From: Candidatus Nezhaarchaeales archaeon | GTDB lineage: Archaea > Thermoproteota > Methanomethylicia > Nezhaarchaeales > WYZ-LMO8 | Length of the DNA stretch: 64,000 bases | Direction: 5' to 3' | Assembly: GCA_038887515.1 (NCBI GenBank) | Contig: JAWAKK010000001.1 | Location: forward strand, 160,001 to 224,000 | Shown: positions 49,329 through 57,647 of the stretch, piece by piece | Layout: every line of letters begins with the position of its first letter | How positions within the stretch are numbered: the stretch's first letter is position 1 | Notes under the pieces: model-generated | What the model saw: the letters and a program-made list of their open reading frames with translations, nothing else | What the model was told of the DNA's origin: nothing | Databases searched by the model: none | Program-made: the position numbers and the translations under genes

Positions 49329-49717
49329 GTGCTATAAGTCGCTGACATAGTTTTCTTGAGCCCTACTAATACTTTCGCTAGCCTTCAGAGTATATCGTTA
49401 AGGATTAACATCACGAATAACGTAGTCGTCGTAATTGAATGGAGAGGTCAACGGCATCGTTACTGACAGATTAGATGCAATACATCAATGCTTTGAACCC
49501 TAGACTAGAGCCCATTATAGTTGCGTACTTTCCCTGAATTTGAAAATGTTATCGGTCATACATAAGAAGTCATGTTGGTGGTGTTATAGAGCTTGGAGTT
49601 TGTCTTGCCGGAATTTAGAAAGTGCAACTCCAACAACAAAATCAAGTGAACTTAACTACGCTTAAGTAGGATAAGTTATTTTAACAACGCTAACAATCTT
49701 CTGTTTGTGGAGGCTTA

Positions 49718-50701
49718 ATGATGCTTTCGTCTAGAAAAGCCCTGTTATTGATAATAGTCCTCGCATTCTTAATCGCTTTTACATCCTATACGTCTTATGC
49801 CCTCTCTATTGAAAATAGGAGGTTGAAGTTTGAATTAATGCAGATGGAGACTTTTCGTCTATCATATGAACAGCTAAAGAAATTGGAGAAGGAATTTGAA
49901 GACCTTTATAGGAGTTACCACGAAGTCCTTGAGGCGAATAAGAAGCTTGAGGAGGCCTTGAGGTATTTACAGGGCAAGCTCGTACTTCCATACAACTTCA
50001 CGTTGATGGAACTGGAGGAGTTTGCTGAAAAGTACCATTTCGCTTATGACGAGGAAATGATAAGGTTTGTGATGAATGCTACCGGCGGTTGGGATGGGAG
50101 CGAAGTCGATTTCTTCTCAGACCTATACAGTATATATGCAGCCTGGAGGGGCACCTTCATTTACGATGAAAAAGCATCTACACCAACAATCTCCCTTCCA
50201 TTCATTAACATAGGGGGGTGGAACTACTATAAAACTACATTGGGCGACGAGTATTTAGCTGAGGTTCTTTTCTACGAGGACAACCCGAAAGAAGTTAACG
50301 AAGTCTCCGCCATCCTAGAATTCAGGCAGCATAGGGGTACTTGTGGAAGCTACGCTCATGTATTAGTCACCCTATACTACGTTTACTTCGATATAATCAA
50401 TAGAAAGATACCTGTAGCCTATCTGTCAGTAGGGATAGAAGGCCTAGCACATCATGCATGTGTCCTGCTAAGGACTGAGGGCGACAAAGTAGTAATAATA
50501 GATTGGGAGCCCATCACGGCTGAAGCCAACATGGTGAAGTTTATTCCAATCGATGATGCCAAACAATTGCATAGCAAATACTGGTTGGGGCGGGAACTAA
50601 CATACGAAGGCGTATGGATGCGGCCTAACATCAATAGAACCTTTTCTTCTTACGAAGAATTCAAAAAGTGGCTAGTGGAAGAGTTCAACCATACATCATA
50701 G
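49718..50701 (+). CDS. Membrane-anchored coiled-coil protein with transglutaminase-like domain
   Basis: N-terminal TM, heptad coiled coil, GTCGSYA (Cys), HHA (His), IID (Asp). Confidence 0.65.
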   Translation: MMLSSRKALLLIIVLAFLIAFTSYTSYALSIENRRLKFELMQMETFRLSYEQLKKLEKEFEDLYRSYHEVLEANKKLEEALRYLQGKLVLPYNFTLMELEEFAEKYHFAYDEEMIRFVMNATGGWDGSEVDFFSDLYSIYAAWRGTFIYDEKASTPTISLPFINIGGWNYYKTTLGDEYLAEVLFYEDNPKEVNEVSAILEFRQHRGTCGSYAHVLVTLYYVYFDIINRKIPVAYLSVGIEGLAHHACVLLRTEGDKVVIIDWEPITAEANMVKFIPIDDAKQLHSKYWLGRELTYEGVWMRPNINRTFSSYEEFKKWLVEEFNHTS

Positions 50702-51078
50702 ATACTCACAGTTTAGCTTTACAACTTGAGAAACTACTAACATTCTTCTTTAAGTCTTTATTAAATCACGCGTAAATGTACAGGGTTAATTAATAGTTTT
50801 TAAATTTGGTCTACGTACATGCCGTAAGATAGAAAACTAAAGTCTCAAGAAAAGTCTTCGTACCATCCGGTACATTATTAACCATCTTTTAAAATTGGAG
50901 CTGAAATATCGACATTCTTAAACCCGTTGGAGTCTACGTTTATTACGAGATTACATTTCTTCTAGACCTCGCAATATCTAAATCCTAGTGATGAAGTTTA
51001 GAAGTGAAGCTTAGTTGTCGATTAAACGTAATCTTTTAAACGAAGTGCTTATTACAATGTCGCATATGGAAGGTTGCG

Positions 51079-52680
51079 TCACTTAATGATCTTTGCCATG
51101 TACACGCCATCCTTCCTATACCCATGCTTAGCATAATATTCTTTAACACCTAGGGCTGATAGCACCAACAGCTTCTTTACATCATACTTGTCCCTTGCAA
51201 TCCTCTCAGCTTCTTGAAGCAACATAGATCCATAACCTCTGTGTTGCCAATCGCTCTTAGAGTCCTCTCCTACGGGGACTACGTTACCATAAACATGGAG
51301 GACCCTTATTATTGCTGATGACCTTTTAATAACTTCAGGTCTAAAAGCTTTATCTGATGGTATCCTAAGTCTAAGCAGCCCTATGAGTATGTCGTTTGCG
51401 ACGTCTTCGTAGGAGAGGAAGACTTCTATGCCGTCAGAAGCTTCGTACTCCTCGATCTTAAGTTTCACGTGGTCGAGATCAGGTTCAATACCCCTTTTAA
51501 GCCTTACATGCCCAACCTCCCTACATCTAATACAATTGCACTTTAAACCTTGAATTTCAAGTCTCCTAAGCACTATATTCCTAAGATCCCCCCTCTTGAC
51601 GCCGTCAACTATAAGTTGAACTGGAATATCACGTTGTATCCTCTGAATTCTAATCCATCGCGGAACTATCTTCTTTATTTCGACTATTATGTCGGCAGCT
51701 TCTTCCGAAGAATATGGCTTATAACTACCTTTAAGCCACATATCGTAAAGCTTTGTCCCCTTCAGTACCAAAGTTGGATATATCTTGATATTATCTGGCT
51801 TAAAGTTGGGATCGTTAAACACTATTCTAAACATTTCTAGGTCCCGCTTTGGGCTTGAACCTGGTAAGCCTAACATGAAGTGAGCTGTGACCTCGAAACC
51901 GCAGTCTTTAGCAACTCTAAATGCTTCGACAACGTCATTAACGGTGTGCCCCCTATTTATGATCTCGTATACGTCGTTGAACACCGTCTGAACGCCAAGC
52001 TCTACTCTAGTAAAGCCCATCTCCAATAGGTTGTTTGCTTGACCCACCTTAAACATGTCAGGACGAGTTTCTGCAGTTATACCAGAATTCCTTATGGGAG
52101 CCTTTTCGGCTATGAGCTTTGCTTCCTCTAGATCGGTAGATTCGACCCCGTTAATTGCATCTAGGCACCTCTTAACGAACCACCTCTGGTATTCAAGAGG
52201 TAAGTAAGTGAAGTTGCCTCCTAGAATTATGAGTTCAACTTTGTCGACCTTATGGCCTATTTCTTTTAACTGGTCGATTCTACTTTCAACCTGCATGTAT
52301 GGATCATAGTTCCACTCTCTAGCTCTCCTACCAGCGGGCTCTAACCCTGTGTAAGCTGAAGGTGTACCTAGCTCAGGTCCTCCAGGGCAATAAATGCATC
52401 GTCCGTGAGGGCATGGATGTGGCTTAACCATGACCGCTACCGGTATTATCCCACTCAGCGAGCGTACCTTCTTAATCCTTAGAAAATACTCGAGATACTC
52501 CCTGTAACCTAATGCTCTCAAGATATCAGAGTTCTTTGGAGGAGGGACCTCATACTTTTTCGATATAGTTATCTTAAGTTTATTTAGTTCGGAAGCATCG
52601 GCCGGAGGGTTTTCAGTTACCGCCTTCGCAATCTCTAAGCAAGCCTTCCTAAAGGTTTCGCTATTAACGTGCAATATCAT
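51079..52680 (-). CDS. elp3: tRNA uridine(34) acetyltransferase Elp3 (radical SAM + GNAT)
   Basis: CPHGRCIYCPGG, ETRPD, ELGVQ, KIYPTLV, RIQRDIP, CIRCRE, LHVYG, QHRGYG. Confidence 0.96.
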   Translation of the reverse strand: MILHVNSETFRKACLEIAKAVTENPPADASELNKLKITISKKYEVPPPKNSDILRALGYREYLEYFLRIKKVRSLSGIIPVAVMVKPHPCPHGRCIYCPGGPELGTPSAYTGLEPAGRRAREWNYDPYMQVESRIDQLKEIGHKVDKVELIILGGNFTYLPLEYQRWFVKRCLDAINGVESTDLEEAKLIAEKAPIRNSGITAETRPDMFKVGQANNLLEMGFTRVELGVQTVFNDVYEIINRGHTVNDVVEAFRVAKDCGFEVTAHFMLGLPGSSPKRDLEMFRIVFNDPNFKPDNIKIYPTLVLKGTKLYDMWLKGSYKPYSSEEAADIIVEIKKIVPRWIRIQRIQRDIPVQLIVDGVKRGDLRNIVLRRLEIQGLKCNCIRCREVGHVRLKRGIEPDLDHVKLKIEEYEASDGIEVFLSYEDVANDILIGLLRLRIPSDKAFRPEVIKRSSAIIRVLHVYGNVVPVGEDSKSDWQHRGYGSMLLQEAERIARDKYDVKKLLVLSALGVKEYYAKHGYRKDGVYMAKIIK

Positions 52681-52721
52681 TACTTAGTGGCCCCTCTCTA
52701 GATGTAGTGCTTATAGAATAG

Positions 52722-53606
52722 CTACAAGTACCTAATTATCAATTCGTCTACCACTTCGACTACTTCATTAAAATTCTTTGATATCATCCTAGATAAGATC
52801 TCGCTTGCTTTCCCTACAGCCCTTTCTCTAGTGTTGCTCCTATTAATGAAACCGCCTACGAACCAGAGTATGGAGTCTAAGTGGAGTGGCGGTATCTTAC
52901 ACTTCTCAGCTACGATCCCCCATGCTCTCTGGGCTTCTCTAGGCTTTTCGACTATAACTTTTACGATGTCGTGCCACTTCTTAAAGTTTGAGTCTATTAT
53001 GTCGACAATCCCCGATGTCCACGACAATTTAGCTATTCTAGAGTCTATAGGTATTGGTATATCGAAAGAGGCTGTAAGAGGCTTCTCGTAATAGGCTCTA
53101 TAGGCATAACAAATCATTTTTAATGAAAATACGACGGTCTTCGAGTTCCACTTCGACTTTAGGTTTGAGGCTAATGCTTTAGCGAAAGCGCGTAGGTCTT
53201 TCGCGTACTCTGTTATCTTCTGGGGGTCCAAGATGTTGGCTGTCAACGCTCTTAGAAGTCTTGACGTCTTGCTACTACGTAAAGCGACATTTATCTTGGA
53301 TTTTGAAAGGAAGTTGATAACGATCTTTATAGCTTCTATCAGGCTCTTTGGCTGGTTAAGCTTTGAAATGTAAAAAGCGAACTCATTCCAATAATCTTCA
53401 CCTCTCCCACTAAGTCTGTAGCTCACTAGGCTATTCAGTACTATAAGCGTTAGAGCTGTCCCGAAATCCATCTTACTCGTAATTAGCTTAATCGCTTGAA
53501 ACTGTGGATCGAGCTCTTCAACCCTCAATGCGCATTCTAGTCCCAAGGAACTTAACTTCTCAGCTACGACTTCCATTCTCTCATGATTGGACCTGATGAT
53601 CGCCAA
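52722..53606 (-). CDS. N-glycosylase/DNA lyase (archaeal 8-oxoG glycosylase, AGOG)
   Basis: DPQF, NSLVSY.LSG.GE.YW, KT.VFS.KM, IPIP.D.R, IPPLHLDS.LW. Confidence 0.9.
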   Translation of the reverse strand: MAIIRSNHERMEVVAEKLSSLGLECALRVEELDPQFQAIKLITSKMDFGTALTLIVLNSLVSYRLSGRGEDYWNEFAFYISKLNQPKSLIEAIKIVINFLSKSKINVALRSSKTSRLLRALTANILDPQKITEYAKDLRAFAKALASNLKSKWNSKTVVFSLKMICYAYRAYYEKPLTASFDIPIPIDSRIAKLSWTSGIVDIIDSNFKKWHDIVKVIVEKPREAQRAWGIVAEKCKIPPLHLDSILWFVGGFINRSNTRERAVGKASEILSRMISKNFNEVVEVVDELIIRYL

Positions 53607-53910
53607 GCGCGGACACCTTTGAGGTCGGTTTGCTTACTTTTTTACTTACTCCTCGTTAAAAATAAAGTTCAAGGCCTCTAACTTTAAGGCAAATTTCGCA
53701 GAGCCTCTTGATACGTCCAGCTATTAGTAGTGCTTAGATGCCAGCTTTTTCATGACATCGTCGGGACAGCTTCTAGGTTTAAGGATGAAAGCTCTAATAG
53801 CCGTCTCGGTTACGCATCTCATAGTTCTGTAACTTTTCATCATCCTATGAACCCGTTGAGACCTTAATAAACTGCGGGCGCCGGATTATAGAGATCTTAT
53901 GTAAGAGTTA

Positions 53911-54699
53911 CTATGTTATGATCATTGGGATAAGGCTTAGACAGCCAATTAATATACAGAAAAGCCAGGACTTTAGCTTTGATGCTACGTTCATTAGAGT
54001 GCCTATAGTTGCATAACCAACGACTGCCGAGACTAGGACCCCGATGGCAGCTGAGGGAATTAGTAAATATGCTTTATTGGTCAACAACAAATACGCTTCA
54101 GCCATAGCTATGACTGGGATGCTTAGTATAAAGCTAATTCTTACGGAATCCTTCGCACTATAACCTAGAAACAACATGGTTGCTATGGTCAATCCACTTC
54201 TGCTGAGCCCGGGCATGATAGAGAAAGCTTGAATAAGCCCTATAAGTATGGAATCAGGAATCTTAAGTCTCCTAAAAGTTCTCTCTTTCATTGCCAACTT
54301 CTGAATTAGACCAATTAGTATTAGGCATACGCCTATTAGAACCATGAACACCGTTAAGTTCGTACCCGCAAGCCAGCTTACTACTTGATATACAAAGAAA
54401 CCAACAACGCATGTAATTACTGTCGCTATTACTATAAACATTAAGAACTTGGAGTCATCGTTTATATCACCGCGAAGTGTAGGCAATAAGTTGTTAACAA
54501 GTCTCTTCAAATCCTTCCTGAAATATAACACAGCAGCCAAAAGGGTTCCTGCATGCAACCATATGGCTAAGTTCACTGCTTCGTTTGGACTAATCCCAAA
54601 GTGCAAAAGTATTAGAGAAATTATTCCTTGGCTAGAAACTGGAATCCACTCGGCTACCCCTTGGATTACGCCAAGTATGATAAGTAGTAGGACCTCCAA
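53911..54699 (-). CDS. uppP: Undecaprenyl-diphosphate phosphatase (BacA/UppP family)
   Basis: QG.AEW.PVSS.G, H.GTL.A, PGLSRSG.TI, SFILSIP. Confidence 0.88.
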   Translation of the reverse strand: MEVLLLIILGVIQGVAEWIPVSSQGIISLILLHFGISPNEAVNLAIWLHAGTLLAAVLYFRKDLKRLVNNLLPTLRGDINDDSKFLMFIVIATVITCVVGFFVYQVVSWLAGTNLTVFMVLIGVCLILIGLIQKLAMKERTFRRLKIPDSILIGLIQAFSIMPGLSRSGLTIATMLFLGYSAKDSVRISFILSIPVIAMAEAYLLLTNKAYLLIPSAAIGVLVSAVVGYATIGTLMNVASKLKSWLFCILIGCLSLIPMIIT

Positions 54700-54927
54700 A
54701 CTCTAGCCTCCGAGGACACGAGACAACACCATGCTTAAAATGTTTCTAAACGTTTTTAAGACGCTTTTAAAACCGTATCATGAAAATTGAGGGGCCATAA
54801 GAACTCTCCACCTTCTGATGATAAACCTTCGATATTCTAAAACCCTCAAGATTCTTCGATAAGCTATCCGTGCAAGCACGCTTTATAATCTAAGAACGAG
54901 CACACGGCTATTAAATGTAGCTAGCGC

Positions 54928-56514
54928 CTAACTTAGGGTCATGAACCCAAAGTCTAGTTCCTCGTCTTGAACGTAACTTTTCCGGAGTCTAACGGCAAGT
55001 TCGGCTTTGTAGAGTTCTCTGCCTAGGTATGCCGCATGGTCTAGAGTCGATATGAGACCTCTCTCTATTAACTCATCGCAGATATCGCTAGCGCTTGAAC
55101 CCTCGATGATGTATGAGGCTCTACCTGCCTTAATGTGCGATGCAACTATTATCCCTCTATCTTTATCTATAGTCACTTTAATGTAGCCTGCGGAATCTTG
55201 AGCTCTAGTCCCCCTTCTGCATGCCTTTATAACCTCGTTACACCCCTCTTTATGGGGCGGGATGGTTGTATCCCTTTTCTCTTTTAGGGCTAGGAGGTTA
55301 AAGCTAAGATCCTTCATGGCCTTACCTCTTATCTTCGAAAGCTTAGCCATTTTCGCTGCTAAGCAAAGCTCTCTCACACAACCTGACGTCTTATTGCTTG
55401 CTTCTGTAGTCAAAAGTAACGAAATTTCTAGCTCAGCCGCTATGGCCGCCATAAGACCATTAACTCCCACACTGTCTACGTCCATCAGCTCCGTGACGTT
55501 TCCAACCCCCATCATTAACGGTATTTCGGGTCTCCTCTTGGAAAACTCGTAGTATGCTACTAGAGACTCAAGAATACTCGACTGCAACGGGGGACTCAAT
55601 ATCGGATCTGCAATTACCTTCTTGAATCCCATGTTAAATGCAAGGTCTACGGCTTCTTCAAGGTTTTTTACTTTTTCACATATAGTTGACGGGTAGTACC
55701 CTTTCTTCACGTCTGTTGGCACCACTACTATGGCAACATCGCGCGGCAGCTCCTCAAGGTCTTGGAGGACCCCCTTATCCACACTTATTACGAGGTCTGC
55801 TCCTGCATCTACTGCAGCGGTTATCTCAACTGGGTTTAAGGAGTCTATACTTATGGGCCCTTCAATCTCGCTTTTAGCAATTTTGACTAACTTACGAACA
55901 GCATCGGGAAAGCACTCACCTGCAGTCATGCCTAAGTCTATGATGTCTGCTCCAGCACTTTTATATCGACGAGCCTCAGTGAGTACGTCGTCAACCGTCT
56001 TGTCTAAAGCCGAGGTTATCTCGGCAACAACCCTCAACGACCCCTTAGCTATAGGGACCCCGGCTATGTCGAATAAAGCTTTCTTTTTTTCTTCCTCCTC
56101 TATGTTCCTAAGTTGTACCTCGTCTTCTAACTTTTTACTTAATCTTAAGACTTTGCATGCAGGATCTAGCTTTGATAGCTCAACCTTACCCAACATTGAC
56201 AGCACGTACGGTAAATCAGCTGCGTGGATAGGACCCTTAAATGTCGGTATTCCTAGTTCCTTCTCTATCAACGATACATCCCCGCCAATAAGCCCTGGAG
56301 TCAATATAACGTCGAAGCCCTTGACCTTCTCCTCCTTCAACCTCCTTGCAATCTCGCGAGGGGGGATTAAAGCCGCAACTTCATGTGGCATAACGTAGAC
56401 TTCAAAGTCTACGCCAGACTTTGAGGCATACTCTTCGACGATCTTCGAAGCCGCTTTGCCAGTAACTAGTAGGACCTTCATGTCCCTCAAAAAGCAAGAG
56501 ACATTAAGCGTCAA
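54928..56514 (-). CDS. Dihydropteroate synthase-like protein (MJ0107-type) with C-terminal DUF4346
   Basis: VTG..A, VAAL, KGP.HA.DL, GADIIDLG, SIDS, ADPIL.P, GN.TEL.D.DS.G.N, HAAYLG.EL.KAE.A. Confidence 0.88.
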   Translation of the reverse strand: MTLNVSCFLRDMKVLLVTGKAASKIVEEYASKSGVDFEVYVMPHEVAALIPPREIARRLKEEKVKGFDVILTPGLIGGDVSLIEKELGIPTFKGPIHAADLPYVLSMLGKVELSKLDPACKVLRLSKKLEDEVQLRNIEEEEKKKALFDIAGVPIAKGSLRVVAEITSALDKTVDDVLTEARRYKSAGADIIDLGMTAGECFPDAVRKLVKIAKSEIEGPISIDSLNPVEITAAVDAGADLVISVDKGVLQDLEELPRDVAIVVVPTDVKKGYYPSTICEKVKNLEEAVDLAFNMGFKKVIADPILSPPLQSSILESLVAYYEFSKRRPEIPLMMGVGNVTELMDVDSVGVNGLMAAIAAELEISLLLTTEASNKTSGCVRELCLAAKMAKLSKIRGKAMKDLSFNLLALKEKRDTTIPPHKEGCNEVIKACRRGTRAQDSAGYIKVTIDKDRGIIVASHIKAGRASYIIEGSSASDICDELIERGLISTLDHAAYLGRELYKAELAVRLRKSYVQDEELDFGFMTLS

Positions 56515-56539
56515 TTAAAAATTGCTTTAAACGAGAAGT

Positions 56540-56595
56540 TAGTCAGCACGTGCACTTCTCATCACTCATCAGGACCGTGGAGGCTCATCACGACA
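56540..56595 (-). ncRNA. Box C/D methylation guide sRNA
   Basis: Minus strand: gtc GTGATGA gcctccacggtc CTGA tga GTGATGA gaagtgcacgtg CTGA; four consensus boxes, two 12-nt guides, TTTAATAA upstream. Confidence 0.92.
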
Positions 56596-56835
56596 CGAAC
56601 GCTTATTAAAGTTTTAAACTGCTACTTTAATTTTTTACAACAATTTAAAACTAGATGCTATTGATGAACCGAGGCTCCAAAGCCAATGGTTAAAAGCGTT
56701 ACAGGAAAAGGCTACGGTTGCCGCAGAATATCATGGACTTCTCAGCTTCTTAGAGGTTTAGGAAAAGATAAGTTATGAATAGCATCTCAAGCTAAAAGAA
56801 TTTTAAGGTCCCCCTCAACCATAGGGCTGAGAAGA

Positions 56836-57555
56836 ATGCCCGACAACGTCGTAGTGGTGGATGACGTACACAAGGCCTATAGGGTAGGGGAAGTCACAAC
56901 ATGGGCTCTAAGAGGTGTATCTATCAAAGTCGAGAGGGGCGACATGATATCGATTATGGGACCTTCTGGTTCAGGAAAATCTACACTTTTAAACATGATA
57001 GGTTTACTCGATAGACCAACAAAGGGTAAAGTCTACATTGATGGAGTGGACACGAGCAAGTTGGGTGATCGTGAGCTCGCAAGCTTCAGGAACTACAAGA
57101 TAGGCTTCGTTTTCCAACAATTTAACTTGGTCGGCAGACTTACAGTCCTCGAGAACATAGAACTCCCACTAATAGCAAGAGGACTACCAAGACCTGTCAG
57201 GGTAAAGATGGTCACCGAGGCCCTGCACAGGGTGGGTGGCGACGAGAGCTGGCTAGTTAAAAGGCCTACGCAGTTATCCGGTGGTCAACAACAGAGAGTC
57301 GCAATTGCGAGGGCCATAGTTACTTCGCCCTCAATAATACTCGCGGACGAGCCTACCGGGAACTTAGATAGAACATCAGCAAAGGTAGTCATGAACACCT
57401 TCCTCAAACTAAATAAAGCCGGTCAGACCATAATAGTGGTGACGCACGATCCAGAGGTTGCCAACTGCACAAATAGGATATACGTTATTAGGAATGGAGT
57501 TATCGTCGACATTAAGGAGCCGGACAGAAGCCACAATATACTAGTTAGTGTATGA
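56836..57555 (+). CDS. ABC transporter ATP-binding protein (LolD/MacB type)
   Basis: GPSGSGKS, GFVFQQFNL, LSGGQQQRVAIARA, ADEPTGNLD, VTHD. Confidence 0.95.
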   Translation: MPDNVVVVDDVHKAYRVGEVTTWALRGVSIKVERGDMISIMGPSGSGKSTLLNMIGLLDRPTKGKVYIDGVDTSKLGDRELASFRNYKIGFVFQQFNLVGRLTVLENIELPLIARGLPRPVRVKMVTEALHRVGGDESWLVKRPTQLSGGQQQRVAIARAIVTSPSIILADEPTGNLDRTSAKVVMNTFLKLNKAGQTIIVVTHDPEVANCTNRIYVIRNGVIVDIKEPDRSHNILVSV

Positions 57556-57647
57556 CGCGATTTACTTTTCTAGGTAGCTCGTTTACCGACATATTTATGA
57601 GAAAATTTGTAAGATAATCGTGTAGGATTTAAGGGAGGAAAGAGATA

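Noticed and set aside
49593-49633. 8-bp inverted repeat TTGGAGTT...AACTCCAA
   Set aside because: Short single occurrence with no target-site duplication or transposase; not enough for a MITE or RNA call
50988-51030. Intergenic box C motif GTGATGA
   Set aside because: No properly spaced D' or D (CTGA) box follows
53646-53843. Minus-strand frame MMKSYRT...KHY**LDVS...NEE and an ATGATGA box
   Set aside because: Double stop, no recognisable homology and no box D; cannot support a gene or sRNA
55730-56398. 222-aa antisense ORF
   Set aside because: Shadow of the DHPS-like gene
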